A stretch of 64,000 nt of DNA from Lytechinus pictus (taxonomy: Eukaryota), in the NCBI RefSeq assembly GCF_037042905.1, contig NC_087246.1:12772001-12836000 (forward strand), in the 5' to 3' direction. The stretch's first letter is position 1, and every line of letters starts with the position of its first letter. The translations under genes and the position numbers were made by a program. The notes under the pieces were generated by a model that saw only the letters and a list, made by a program, of their open reading frames with translations, was not told the DNA's origin and did not search any database. Shown one piece after another: positions 1-13,092 of the stretch.

Positions 1-1233
1 TTCAAAAATACTTCATGATAACCTCATTTCTGTGATCAAATGTATGTGTATCTATGTGAATTAAACTTGTACATAAATGTGATATAAAATAAACCTATTG
101 GAAATTTAATTATGTCTGATATTTTACTCATGGAGTCTTATTGTAGATCAACATACTATTCTGGTCTGAGAAATGCTTTCGACTGTGGAGGTTATGAAAG
201 GTTGACCTACACAGATGTTACTTTATCTCAAATTATATTGCTTAGGGACACTTGGTCTAATACCACTTCTGATATTTAGATCACCAAACACAACAGTTAA
301 ACCTTATTTGGTATATTTTGTCCAAACATTACTTGGTTTACTGCCACTCTCTAGTAAGTTTTTATTGACCACTCGGCCGTGAATAAAACATCTAAACAAA
401 TTTTGCCTACTAAATTGGTCTGACTACATAGGATGTGTTGTGAGACAAAATGAGGATAGCTTAACTAGAATTGAACAAAAAGAGTGGAACAAAAATGATA
501 ATTGGCACTCGGACCACTATAATCAATTTGGTCTCCTTACCATTGATCCAATCTACACCCTCATACCATTTTAAACTGTCATTTCATCTAATAACCTAAT
601 TGTTAAATGGTCTTCTTTGCTTTCTTCATTTGACCTGCGATATGGGAAAAAGTCTCTTCAAATTATAAAGAAATGAAAACTAATTTCAAACAAGTATTAC
701 TCGTGTCATTGACAGATTTTTATATTTTAATATCATATTTAATATTTAATTCATATTTCATACAATGTAACATATAGAGTGTGAGCATTAAGTGTAAACC
801 ATCTCAAAACAATTCAAATAATCTTGTCTCATAATTAAAGACATGCACATCTTATATGGTTCCAGAATACAAAAGCTCTAATTCCCAATACCAGATTCAA
901 CAAAAGCAAGAATCAGCTTTATACCAATCACCCTCATAATAAATATGGACTATTCAAAACAAAATACACAAACTTCGTAAAAATGAAAGCATACAAAATG
1001 CAGTAAAGATGACTGCTGTTCTTAAACATCTTCAAGTTCTCATCATAGCATAAAAGCCTTCTTGTATGCCATGTAAAATGCATCCCTGTGATTAAGTATG
1101 GATCCATAACTTTCTTTAACAAAAAAAAATCTTAAATCAAGTGGACATTTAACAAGAAATCAGAGATTCATGTTTTTATATCCATGCAACTGTATTTCAA
1201 TAATCTGAATGTGAGTTGCATACAGTACATTAA

Positions 1234-1835
1234 AGGTCAAGTCCACCCCAACAAAATGTTGATTTGAATCAATAGAGAAAAATCAGACAAGCACAATGCT
1301 GAAAATTTCATCAAAATCGGATGTAAAATAAGAAAGTTATGACATTTAAAAGTTTCGCTTATTTTTAACAAAATAGTTATATGAACGAGCCAGTTACATC
1401 CAACTTAGAGAGTCGATGATGTCACTCACTCACTATTTCTTTTGTTTTTTATTGTTTGAATTATACAATATTTCAATTCTTACGAATTTGATGATTAGGA
1501 CCGCCTTGCCTGAACCACAAAATGTTAAAATAATGGAATTCCACGTATTCAGGGAGGAATGAAACTTCAGTTCACATGACAATGACGAGAAAATAAAAAT
1601 ATTTCATAATTCATATAATAAAATACAAAAGAAAAAGTGAGTGAGTGATGTCATCAGTTCCCTCATTTGCATACCGACCGGATGTGCATATAACTCTTTT
1701 GTGAAATGAAGCGAAACTTCAAAATGTCATAACTTTCTTATTTTACATCCGATTTTGATGAAATTTTCAGTGTTATGCTTGTTGAATTTTTCTCTTTTTA
1801 TTTGAGTCAAGTTTTTGTTGGGGTGGACTTGTCCT
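1234..1835. mobile_element. Non-autonomous foldback DNA transposon (MITE) with TTAA target duplication, Kolobok-like
   Basis: TTAA|AGGTCAAGTCCACCCCAACAAAA ... TTTTGTTGGGGTGGACTTGTCCT|TTAA; long imperfect inverted arms of more than 200 bp. Confidence 0.85.
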
Positions 1836-2959
1836 TTAATCATTACTTGGTAAATAAAAACTACATGGATTCTTGACATCATGCAGCCAAATTTAAGCAT
1901 TTGCAATTATAAACCTAATATTCCTAATAAATTAATAGAGTTATTTATATCCATCCAGGTACTTAACAAAAAGTTTTATGCAATATTCATTACATTACTT
2001 TTTTTTTCTATTTGATACAAGTACACTATCGGGCGTGTTCTGTACTTAACCTGTTTCAAGTTGAATTATCAGATTCGTTACACTGAATACCACAGGAATT
2101 TAGCTGGTAAATATGTAACAATTATCATACATAATAGAAGGAAATGTGGTATATGCAAAGTATAATTAAATAAGTTTTTATGAAATATCACTAACTGTCA
2201 AAAGTGCTTTAAAGTTGCACAAGGAATGACTGAATATATATCTTCAAAATATAAAACAAATTATGGCAAGGTAAAAAGTATTGATAGAAATATGCAAAGT
2301 AGCATATCAAGCACCAAATTTAAACCTATGTAGTAAAAAAATGTTAAATGAAAAACAATGAAATCAAAAACATTAAAAACTTTGAAAGGCACACATTTTG
2401 TAAATTGAGTTTCCAAAATCTTGTCATGTTATTTAGAATTTATTGAGAAACAAGTTCATTGCAAAAGATTGCTTCCCACATGCCCTTACAATTTAGCCAT
2501 GACTAAAAACCCCTGACATTTTCTAGCCCAAATACTGTGTGTAGTCCAATTCATGGATTTTTGTGTGTAACTCTCAGTTAACCCAAGTCAGTGTCTTATA
2601 TAAATTTGGTGATTCCTCAATCTTATAGTATTTATACTATTCAGAGCATTATTATCAATATTCCCAATCACTTTGGTCCAGTTTCTTCCATAATTCACTC
2701 TCATGACCAGAACTGAAGTTTTACTTTAACATCACATTTTGTCAGGTAGACTGAGTGGTTTTAGATTATATGTGTACAAGGCAAAATAAGGCCTATGCAT
2801 TATTGTAAAATTAGACGAAAAAGGTAAATAGCTCAGTGACAAAAAAGGGTTATTGGTCAAACTGGTGGTAGATGAATGGATTATACAATATGAGTTCAAA
2901 CTGAACATGCATTAGAAAAGATGGGGAAAAACCAATAGGTTACTGTCATTTAACACTTT

Positions 2960-3212
2960 GGCCTGTATTCTGAAATCCAGTTTACTAAAAATTACAGGAA
3001 GTAAACTATAACACTCTTGCCTTTTTCTTATAATTAAAGATGGAAGAACTAGTTAAATCAATAATTCCAGTAAATTTACAAGTGAGCTGATAGATAGAAC
3101 CTTCATTGTCAGACAATTGTCTATCCATACATGTAGTTAAATACAATAGACTAACCATAGTTAAACCACAACTTTAGACCAGTTTGAATTAATCCCCATT
3201 CAGAATATGAGC
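2960..3212. mobile_element. Degenerate MITE
   Basis: Imperfect TIRs GGCCTGTATTCTGAA / TTCAGAATATGAGC. Confidence 0.45.
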
Positions 3213-3247
3213 TATTGCTTCCAGGAGAGTCAAATGGCCATTCATAC

Positions 3248-3637
3248 TATTCATAGATTGATATAAAGGCTAATTTACTTTCCATGAGTGTGTGTGTTAT
3301 TGTGATGGGCTTGCTTCACTTTCTGCATGATCTGCCTTATACTGCCTGATGTAGTGAATGACTTCAAAAGACCATGGGGTCTCGAAAATCACCCTAAACA
3401 CGTAATTTCCATATTCCGAAAATGCACCCCTTAACAAGTATTGGCGTGTGAAACCCTACCCTTAACAAGTATTGAAAACAAAACAATATTCTTGGCAAAT
3501 ATTCCCTGAAATAATATTCATAGATTGATATAAAGGCTAATTTACTTTCCATGAGTGTGTGTGTTATTGTGATGGGCTTGCTTCACTTTCTGCATGATCT
3601 GCCTTATACTGCCTGATGTAGTGAATGACTTCAAAAG
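3248..3637. repeat. Exact 123-bp direct duplication (3248-3370 and 3515-3637) flanking a 144-bp insert
   Basis: The two copies are identical base for base; the insert contains CCCTTAACAAGTATTG twice. Confidence 0.95.
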
Positions 3638-3641
3638 CAAC
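3564..3641 (-). CDS. RMND1: RMND1 last coding exon ([25 protein letters not shown])
   Basis: tttttgatccag acceptor, TAA at 3566-3564. Confidence 0.88.
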   Translation of the reverse strand, partial: VAFEVIHYIRQYKADHAESEASPSQ

Positions 3642-6600
3642 CTGGATCAAAAAGAAATGAAAAAGCAAATATTAAACAGAGGTGAATCCGTTGGGAAGAG
3701 AGAGAGCTGTTGACATTATCATCATCAAGATCCATCGTTATTATCATCATCATCATCACTCGTCATCACTATTCCCAGCTTACTCCTTCGCCTCCTTATA
3801 TCACTGTGATTATACTTCCATATACCTCATCATCATCCTCTCTTCATTATTACCATCACAATAACTAGAGTGCACCGTTTTCCTCAATACAGAAAAAAAT
3901 ATAATCATGGAATTCAGGAAGAACATGGAATTTACAAACAAATGCTTTTTGAGACAAAGAAAAAAACTGAATTACGATCATGAATATCAAAGCAAAATCC
4001 AAGTAATCAAAACCATGTACAAGCATGATAAGTGTCTAGCATGTGTTTGCCAAGCTCTATCTGCATAGAAACTTATGGGGTTTTTTTTTCTGCATTTTCA
4101 CAATTACAAATTGCTTTTTGAACATGCCACCAAAGAACACAAAATTTGTATATTACAAAATAGGAAAGTGGGGTCTATACTTTGGGCCCTCATTTTCTGC
4201 CAGAAATGCTAACTTTTCAGAGACTATATTTGAATTGTTTTAAGACAGATNNNNNNNNNNNNNNNNNNNNNNNNNNNNNNNNNNNNNNNNNNNNNNNNNN
4301 NNNNNNNNNNNNNNNNNNNNNNNNNNNNNNNNNNNNNNNNNNNNNNNNNNNNNNNNNNNNNNNNNNNNNNNNNNNNNNNNNNNNNNNNNNNNNNNNNNNN
4401 NNNNNNNNNNNNNNNNNNNNNNNNNNNNNNNNNATCATATCTACCCTCCTCCTCTTCCACGTTATCATCATGATTGCCACTTTCACCATCATTACCATAT
4501 CGACCTCTATTACCACTTTATCATTACATCTTACCTCAACCATGATAAGAACTATGATCATCCATTCTAATCGATGTGAGTGTCTATCTTCTAGATGGGA
4601 TCTCATTAAATCTACCAACTCTGTGCAATGGTTCAACTTTTCATTCATTACCTGGGTTAGACAAAAAAAGGTTTGAAAATCCTGAAATATAAGTCTGTTT
4701 CATATGTAAATATGGTACTGAGAATGGCACGACATAAAAGAAAAAATGCTTCAGTTTCATTCACACTGATGAATGAAAAAAAATATCATTTACAAATTTC
4801 AAATTCATCACTCTTCTTTCTATCCATGATGCAGAATCTTCTCATTTTAAGAAATCTTGCTTTTAGGAGGAAAATGCAGTGTAAAGGAAGATCAGGTTTT
4901 CAGAAGAAGGAGAATGCAGCATTAAGGAAGAGGAGATTCTAAAACATGTTCAAGGTTCTTAAACATGCAGCCCCAAATTGAACAAGAGGCACAAGATAAA
5001 TAATAAATATTGTTCTGCCATTTCCTGCTCCCCTCCCCCAAAAACAAATGTCAGGCCAGCATTCATCTAACAAGGATGTGCAATGGTTTCTTTACAAACA
5101 ATCTGGAAAGCCAGTGAAACAACAAACTTGTGATATAGAAAACATATGTCCAACGATAGTGGTCTTGACTGGCGATGTATAATATGTATACTTATTGACT
5201 CATCATTTCAATTATTATGCTCCCATCTTTCATAAGGGAAAGAATTTTAGATGATTCATAAACACATAGTTTTGGGTTAATGTGCACAAGCCTACACTGT
5301 GGATTAGAGATTGAATAATAGGGCTTGCAGTCAGATTTCACCTGAGAATCATTACGCCTCCATTCTAAACACACACAAATCAAAATTTAAAAAAATAGAG
5401 GGACGAAAATCTTCTTGTTGACTCACATTTGTTCTCCTTGATATACTGAGGAACTGGCACATCTTGTTGTAGATAAGTTCAAGTTCTTCCCTATCCCAGT
5501 AGAAGTCTGGTGAGATCAGGAGATCAGAGGAGAGGTTGATACGATGACGAAGACCAAAGAGCTCACCAGTCTTCTTCATTACTTCTTCACGAGACAGCTT
5601 AACCCCCTTGCCAAGCTTCATGTTCTGTTGATGAGAAATGAAGGGTGTTGGAAGTCCTGTTTCATAAAGGACTTGCAACTGTTGTAACTTTGCCATTATG
5701 GCAACTACCATGGTAACAGGGCTCAGCAGCCGATCAGAATCAAGGTTGCCATGGTAGTTGCCATAATGGCAAAGTTACAACAGTTATAACCCTTTATGAA
5801 ACGGGCCCAGGAGAGGACATAGAAAAAAACTCTTCTGAGAAATTATCTGATCATGTATATAGAAAAAATTAACTGGTGTGCAAAAGTCAATTGTTACAAT
5901 GAGATATGAGGGTAAGGAGTGTGAAATAAAAAGGATCACGGTATCAAGATATTCATAAATACTTACAGATCACTTAAAAAGTTCATCTGATTGGTGTAAT
6001 GATATTCTTTATCACAATCTAAAATAGTTACCTGTTCTGGGAAACATTCTTTTTTCTTAACCACAAAAATATAACCTCCTTGAATGCTTACCAAAAACAG
6101 GTAAAAAATTTGTGATTGCGAGAAATTTTTTTTCTTATAATGTAAAATCATTGAAGTCCGGTGGCAGTACTGATCAATATCTTGGAGGATAACTATGGGT
6201 AGGATATGTTCATGGAACTAAAATGGTAAATTATATCATAAAGAATGTTTCTCCTTACGAATATATTGATAACACAGAGCATGAAAACAAAAATGCCATA
6301 AAATCAATATTGCATAAGCTTTATACTGATAACAATTATTCAATCTAAACTGGTCAAAACAGAAAAACAAAGGCCTACAAATTAAACATTTGATATGTTA
6401 ACTCATGTAAGGCTGATGACACCATATTTTTCAAAATCTTACATCAGGAATGTTTTCGATGGAAGCCACAAACTGATCCAGAGAGTATTCCCAAATAGCC
6501 AGCTTTACTGTAGAATAAACAATAAGAGAAAATAAAAAAAGCAAAAGTATTAATATGTCACATTTGTAGAGCATATAAGTTTTAATCTAACATCTCTTTG

Positions 6601-9600
6601 TGCTTCCAAAGGACCTTTATTACCAACGCTACAGAAATAACTTTTGTTTTCAAAATTTGGGTCAGTAGATATCATTTTAGAAAATCATCCATCACATAAT
6701 TTTCAACACCATTAAGAGCCTATTTACATCTGAAACCATGAAAATAAATCCAATGGTAACTACCATAGTAGCAATGCTAAACAGCAAAAAAAATGAAAGA
6801 ATTCCATAGAAGTTTTTACAGGAACGGAAAGCTCTCATAATAACTTTTATCCAAAATGATCATATATTATTTTCATTCATATGAACCCTTTGATATATGT
6901 ATGTGTGATAGGGTTGAAATTATTACTAGAAGCAGAATAATGGCAACCTGTACATTACATCAATACAATACATAATCTAGATAAGAATAGAAATATCAGC
7001 CTCAATCCTCATCTAATAAAGTCAATACATATAAAGAATTCCATAACAATTGTGCCACAATTATTCTGATTAAAAAAAAATCTTACATTAAGCAAAACTG
7101 AAAATTAATCGAAAACTAAACCCTAACCCTTATCATAATCCTCATATTAACTGAACTCTGTATCACAACCATAACCAAAAGTTTATATCTCTGAAAAATT
7201 AAATACAGGAGTAATTTCCGCAGGAGCACATGTCAGGTCACCATATTACTTTGGCCTTGGAACAGCGGCGTAACAGGGGTCGGTGGCCAGGGGGGGGCAA
7301 GAGCAAAAAATTTCCCGGGCATATGGTATGAACAGGCATAATCGTGTAATGAGGTGACGATTTTGAGAAGACCAGACATTGCGTATCAGGCAGAATTTAT
7401 CTTTTAAAAAAAAGTTGCGAGCGAGCGAGCAAAAATGTTGACATTTTTAATACAAAAATCCAATTTTGTGATAGATTTTGACATGATATCCAGAGAATAA
7501 TATATTTCACTCTTCTCTCTTTAGATTCCCTTTTTTGTGGTCTGTATGCCACTGTGAACATGATTCTTTGCGGCAGTAGCGTGAAGAGTGAAACAAAACG
7601 AGAGGCGCAGTATGGCGCATGTGCTAAAAAGCTGCTTAATATAAATCCCAAGCGAGCGAGAATAAAAATCACATTTTCATGAGAATTTAACTTTGAGATA
7701 TTTTGTGACACTATTTTCAGTAAATAAATATCATATCCTACACTTTTCCTTTGCTTTTCTTTCCTCCTTTTTTTTCATTGGTTGAAGAACTTATGGGGAC
7801 CATGGCCCAACCCTTCCATATCATATACGGCAGTGCTATGTGGTTCGGGTCCGTCTGGAGCCCCCGGAACTTCTTGATATCGAAGCCATTTAAACCTCGT
7901 AGATTGCCGTTATTTTTAATCAAATCGCGGGTATATACAGAATATAGCTTTTACACAACACATTTATTCAACCCAGTTGAACCAAATATTTTGAGGGGGC
8001 AAAACATATTAATGTGGGAAAATTTGTAAAAAGTCGCCAGCGAGCAAAGCGAGCTGGAAAAAAATGCCTATTGAAATTGAATTCTAATTGTGTGATAGAT
8101 ATCCATTATATTCAGCAAATAACACATTTCATCGTTTCCATTCATTTCATTATACATTGTTTCCTATAATTTCTTTTATTTCCTCTTGGGTGTGGAACCA
8201 AGACCCCCCCGGGCCTGTACGCCAGTGATTGAACGTAAAGCTTAATGTAGGAAGGGTCCCTACAGGGGGCGTTATAGAGCCATTTGAAGGTAATACATGA
8301 AGAGCTCCTACTGTGTCGGGTCTGGGGCAAAGCCCCGCTAGCTTATTTGCATAAAATTTAGCAAGCTTATAAATATAGCACAATGTTGTATGCAGTCCAT
8401 CTTCTTCCCGCTCTTTATTTTCTATCCTCGGCAGCCCGGTCATGTTATGAAGTTTTTTTTCTTGTCCCTTTTCTTTGTTTTCCAATTTAGCTTTTGACTA
8501 ATTCCATTCTACCTTCATTTCCCGCTATTGTTTGCCATTTTTTCATCTTTTAATTTATTTCCCATCATGCTATTGCATTACATAGGCCTATTTCAGAATG
8601 ATTTGTACTTTCTCAAACGTTCTTTTGTTCCTTTACCATTAAAAATATTTTTTTCTTCTTCGTTTTCTTTTCCCTTTCCTTTTCCCCTTTCCCCTTCCTT
8701 CTCCCTCCCTTTTCTTTTTTACCTGTTTTTTTAAATTTTCCCGGTGAAATCCGCCAGGGGGGGGGGGCAGCTTGCCCCGCCTGTTACGCCACTGCCTTGA
8801 GGTTTCCATGCCTTGGCCTTGAGGATTATAACATAGGTCATAGCCTATGCTACAGCATTTCAGTCCTCATCTGATTAACCCCCAAACCCTAATTCTAAAG
8901 AAATATCTTACAACTTAGCTAACCTGATAATGCCATGGCATTGGAGAAGGCAAACTTCTCTAACGCTGTCTCAGTTGTTGACCTTGAGCTATCTAACTGT
9001 ATGTCTCCCCTCACAAGACTGGTGGCTGAACTGAATTGGAATAAAAAGAAAAAAATGAACAGACATAATAATACCTTTTATTTCAAAATTTATAGGAAAA
9101 AAAGACAAAATACCAATATATAAACAGTAAACATCCACTCCACATTGGTAATGATTACTACTACTAGTTAAGTACAATGCCTTTATATACAAAGTCACTG
9201 AACATTGAATTCAATCACTTTACCCTAGAATGTGCTGAATTGACAAAAAAGAAATGTATGTAAAGAGGATTCCAAGTGTTATTGTATATTCATGAAAAGA
9301 GCAAACAGGTGAATGGAAAATTTAATAATTAGGTGATGAGGTTAAAAACATCAATGAATGAGAATAGCTCCATAACAGGAATATTTCTGTATACCCCTGG
9401 ATGGTAGTTATATAATATGCATCAAAGAAAGGGGCTGGGGGTAATGATTAGTCAACGCTTCTCACCACAAGTTCCACACTCATTTTATAACAAGAGTAGT
9501 TTGTTAACTCTTACTACTACTTTGAAACATTAGGGGTGCTCCATAAAACTTGTATGTATAAAGTTACCAAAGACTTCAGGAATGATTTGAATATGTTGTG

Positions 9601-12600
9601 CTATAAAAGAAACCATACAATTTCCTGGTGTTTGACTTCATGGGACTCGAATTCCTATAATCCTCTTTGAATGAATAATGAATATTGTGATATAAGGCTT
9701 GTTGACAACAAGAATTTCAATTTACAAAGATCATATTTCAATTTCAATTGATGGAAAGTTGAATGGTTGATAATCTTATTGAGAACATTATAAGAACATA
9801 TTCAACTTGTCTGCATAGCTGTAGCTTCATCTTCATATAACAACCCCAGGTGCTCCACAAGAATTTTTTTATTAGACTTTAATACGATATCTGGGAGGTG
9901 TATTGCATGGTAACATACTAACAATGACCTGTAATTCTAGGCAGACAAGGTTCTACTTCACAGAACTACCTGGATTTGTGTATATCTCATAGCAATGCAT
10001 GTAAACTGCGTGGCCCAAATTCACAAAATAGAATTTTTAATCTTTGGCTTGAACTATTGTTTGTGGCAATTTTATTCAATTAATTCAATGCATGTTATTG
10101 AGAAAGGGCCTTACAACGAATGCAAGTTTTTGTTAGAAGTTGCTAAACTCATGCTTGTTGAGTCGACAGTTTTGGATTAATGAGTCTACTTTTCACGCAA
10201 ATTAATTTTCATTATTAAATAGACCCAAAACATATTAACAAATTCAGCATTCCATAAAAATAATATGCATTAATTAATGGACCCTTACTCAATATATGCT
10301 ATAAATAAGTCATAATTATTGCATGAAATCTGCATTTGGTTTGAGACCACAGCACAGGCGTAAATCCGTGACATTATACTATTTATTCAAGTGGGGGGAT
10401 GGAATCCCCTCTGAACAATACTTGTGATGCAAGGACTTACGCCAGTGGACCACAGATTCCTTTTTGAAAAAGTTGAACTTATGTCCATTGTATGAACTTA
10501 CTCATGATAACCAAAGTTCATTTGTTCATTCTCCCAGTTTACCAGTGCTACCTCATAGGGTTGGTGTTGATGACGGCCCACAATCCTCATTACTAGTTTG
10601 ATCTGTAAATTGGCCAAAATAATAATACATTGTACTTATGGCAAGTTATGAATATCCTGAACAATATTGTTAACGTCAGAAGTTTTACCACAAAATTTAT
10701 TGCAATAAAACAGGCATAAAATAACTTTTTTTAAAATATATTCCCCATGGTATCACTAAATAGAAGAATTTTCACTGCCTTTACAGTTCCAAAGCATTAC
10801 TAAATACACACAATTTAAAAAAAAAAGAAAAAAAAGAAGGACTTTATTTATTTCTGACTTTTGCATGCTCTGGAATTATAGAAAGTATAATATGAGTGTG
10901 AAAAGTAACATTTATGATCGGAAATGCTTCTGTATAGGCCTATAATGTATCTGAAATATCATAAAGTATATAATCTTCCACAGGGTCACAAAAGAAACAG
11001 AAAACAATATAGTTGTCAATTGTCATTAAAACTTTGCTTTTGCAGACATATAGTACTCTCATTTATTTCAATGCTGCTGAGCAGTGCTGTTAATAGTTCT
11101 TAGGCAAACCTGTGTCTGGTTCTGGTTCAATTTACCTCTGGATCTGGAACATTCCAGAAGACAACTGATCCTTCCCTGAAGAAGAACATCTCACCCGGCT
11201 CATCAACCTCCTGCCCCTTGTAGTAGTCATCTGATAACTGCACATGAAGGATGTCATGGGCATCTAACATGAAGGAAAGATTAATTAAATGTGTACTTGG
11301 TATGATTTATTATTCCTCGAATGCGTTAGTGCCTACATGTAACATGGCAGCTCAGTGACATGTATAGCTGGGATGATATCATGCATAGAACCTTCTTTAA
11401 AAAAAAATTCAAAAGCTTAGGATTGATTAGTAAGGCATGGGAATATTAATCAAAATATTCAAAATATTTTACCCGTTCATCACCAATCTGCCATGACATT
11501 TATAAGCGTTTCTACTAGATTTGCATACTCATGGATCCCATAATAAAAGAGTGATTTTGATATTCAAATATGTTAATAAATCATGGCAAAATAAGAAATA
11601 TCATATTATAGAAAATATATCAGATGACAGTCCTTAAAATTGCATTGTAAACAAAGCCACTTGGCTCTATCAATCATGGCCTATCTTCAGCCACTGCACT
11701 GTGGACTGCTTTGCAGGCAAAAAGTATTATTCTAATCCTTATTGTTATCTTTATACGCAACTGAAAATACATTTTTTTCTTCAATATATGAAAAAATATT
11801 TCTAGAATATTGCAATCTTGCCATACCTTGAGGCATTTCAGCAAGAACAAACTTGTTGTTCTGTATCTGCAGGTCGTAACTCAGATGTTCCAAATTGTAT
11901 TCTTCTGCTGTCGTAAATGCAGTACATAGATAAGCATACTAGAAGGAAGAGAAAAATGAATATACATTCATAAGATCAATTGAATTTCAATTCAAGCCAA
12001 CTCAATTCATTCATTCGACCATCAAAGGTGGGAGGGGGGGGGGGGGCCGGAGGAGTGACCATGGTCCTGGATTTTCATGTCACCTTCCCCCCTAAAAAGT
12101 AAACAAAGCAAATGACAACAAATTGTTGACCATTTAGCGATTTGATTGTGTGTTTTCTTTTCAATTCTAGAAGACAATTTTTTTTTTTTGGGGGGGGGGG
12201 CTGATCACTATTTTGGTAAAAGTTCTTTCAAGGAGACAAATATTGACCCATTCTACTTTGAACACCAAATTTGTAGCAAAATAAACCCCTGTCCAAAATA
12301 TTTGTAAAGGCTTGAAATATGAAACGGACATCATGAGTTGGTTGAAATTAGTATAAAAATGTTCATATGGTTTTGAAAACAATATCTTTTAATAGAATTT
12401 TAACAAAATGTATAAAAAGAGACAAAGGAAGTATATCTTTTAGATTTTTAAAGAAATTGTTCATATTTTCAAATAAAGCAACATTCAGAGAATGGAATCT
12501 AAAGAGAAAAATTTAGTAGAGAAAATGAGAAAAATTTACAGGGATGAAAATAAGATAACAGAAAACAAAAAAGAGAGTCATTAAGGTCACAAAAAAACCA

Positions 12601-13092
12601 TCATCTCACCCTCTCTGCTGCTTTGTCGAACCTTGATGGTTTCTTGGTTCTTGGGCGTGGCACCTTGGACACCTTCCTACTATTCCTCTCTCCTTTTTCT
12701 TTGATGGTGGAGGAGGTTGGAGAGGTTGTCCTGAATACGACAGGTTTCTCCAACCAGGCATCAGAAGATTTAAACCGTAGACCTTTTGAGCACCTATCAG
12801 CCAATACTGATGTAGATCTCCCGGCCAAGTGTAATGGATTCTGATAGTAGAGACAGTGCACAGTTCTCATGGTTCTGCTCGTATTTTTCGACTGTCTGAT
12901 TGAATGCCATGGTCTCCTCAGTGGAAAGACTATTCCATGATGATATCTGATGAATTGGAGTGCATTTAACTGAATATTCTTAGATTTATTTCCAGCTGCA
13001 ACGTCTTTCACAAGTCTACCAAAAACAGCGTTCACTGCTTTCATGGGAAGTGTTTTCGCAAATAGTCTAGGCCATAAATTTATTGATGACAT
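3564..13092 (-). CDS. RMND1: Required for meiotic nuclear division 1 homolog (mitochondrial DUF155/RMND1 protein), 9 coding exons, 462 aa
   Basis: Hand-spliced exons 13092-12610, 11938-11827, 11263-11136, 10602-10502, 9030-8924, 6507-6443, 5624-5427, 4651-4535, 3641-3564. All are GT-AG with compatible phases; total 1389 nt. DUF155 motifs: [92 protein letters not shown]. The N-terminus is Arg/Ser-rich, like a mitochondrial presequence. Confidence 0.95.
4251..4433. other. Assembly gap (N run) in the last RMND1 intron, next to degenerate (CAT)n
   Basis: 183 Ns; CAT-rich tracts at ~3715-3860 and 4434-4530. Confidence 0.95.
4535..4651 (-). CDS. RMND1: RMND1 coding exon 8 (VMNEKLNHC...[12 protein letters not shown])
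   Basis: cccag acceptor, GAG|GTAAGA donor; coiled-coil and start of TM segment. Confidence 0.95.
5427..5624 (-). CDS. RMND1: RMND1 coding exon 7 ([15 protein letters not shown]...ISRRTN)
   Basis: aacag acceptor, AAT|GTGAGT donor; lies within ORF 5352-5711. Confidence 0.95.
5656..5805. mobile_element. ~150-bp palindromic MITE in the RMND1 intron preceding coding exon 7
   Basis: Arms GTTTCATAAAGG...AACTGTTGTAACTTTGCCATTATGGCAACTACCATGGTAAC and the near-exact reverse complement. Confidence 0.8.
6443..6507 (-). CDS. RMND1: RMND1 coding exon 6 ([22 protein letters not shown])
   Basis: ctacag acceptor, GAT|GTAAGA donor. Confidence 0.92.
7263..8794. mobile_element. Non-autonomous hAT-like DNA transposon (composite) in an RMND1 intron
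   Basis: TIRs CAGCGGCGTAACAGG / CCTGTTACGCCACTG, poly-G subterminal tracts, internal GCGAGC motifs; only a partial 8-bp TSD (ccttggaa/ccttgagg). Confidence 0.7.
8924..9030 (-). CDS. RMND1: RMND1 coding exon 5 (...[13 protein letters not shown])
   Basis: ttcag acceptor, CAG|GTTAGC donor, conserved motif. Confidence 0.92.
10502..10602 (-). CDS. RMND1: RMND1 coding exon 4 ([33 protein letters not shown])
   Basis: tacag acceptor, GA|GTAAGT donor. Confidence 0.92.
11136..11263 (-). CDS. RMND1: RMND1 coding exon 3 (...[19 protein letters not shown])
   Basis: gttag acceptor, GAG|GTAAAT donor, start of DUF155. Confidence 0.93.
11827..11938 (-). CDS. RMND1: RMND1 coding exon 2 ([19 protein letters not shown]...)
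   Basis: ttctag acceptor, AAG|GTATGG donor, conserved motif. Confidence 0.92.
12610..13092 (-). CDS. RMND1: RMND1 coding exon 1 ([11 protein letters not shown]...FDKAAER)
   Basis: First ATG of ORF 12601-13107 is at 13092; donor AGG|GTGAGA; basic presequence-like peptide. Confidence 0.8.

Noticed and set aside
7116-7135. Telomere-like AACCCT repeats (also ~8876-8892)
   Set aside because: Only two degenerate units, embedded in repeat-like intronic DNA.
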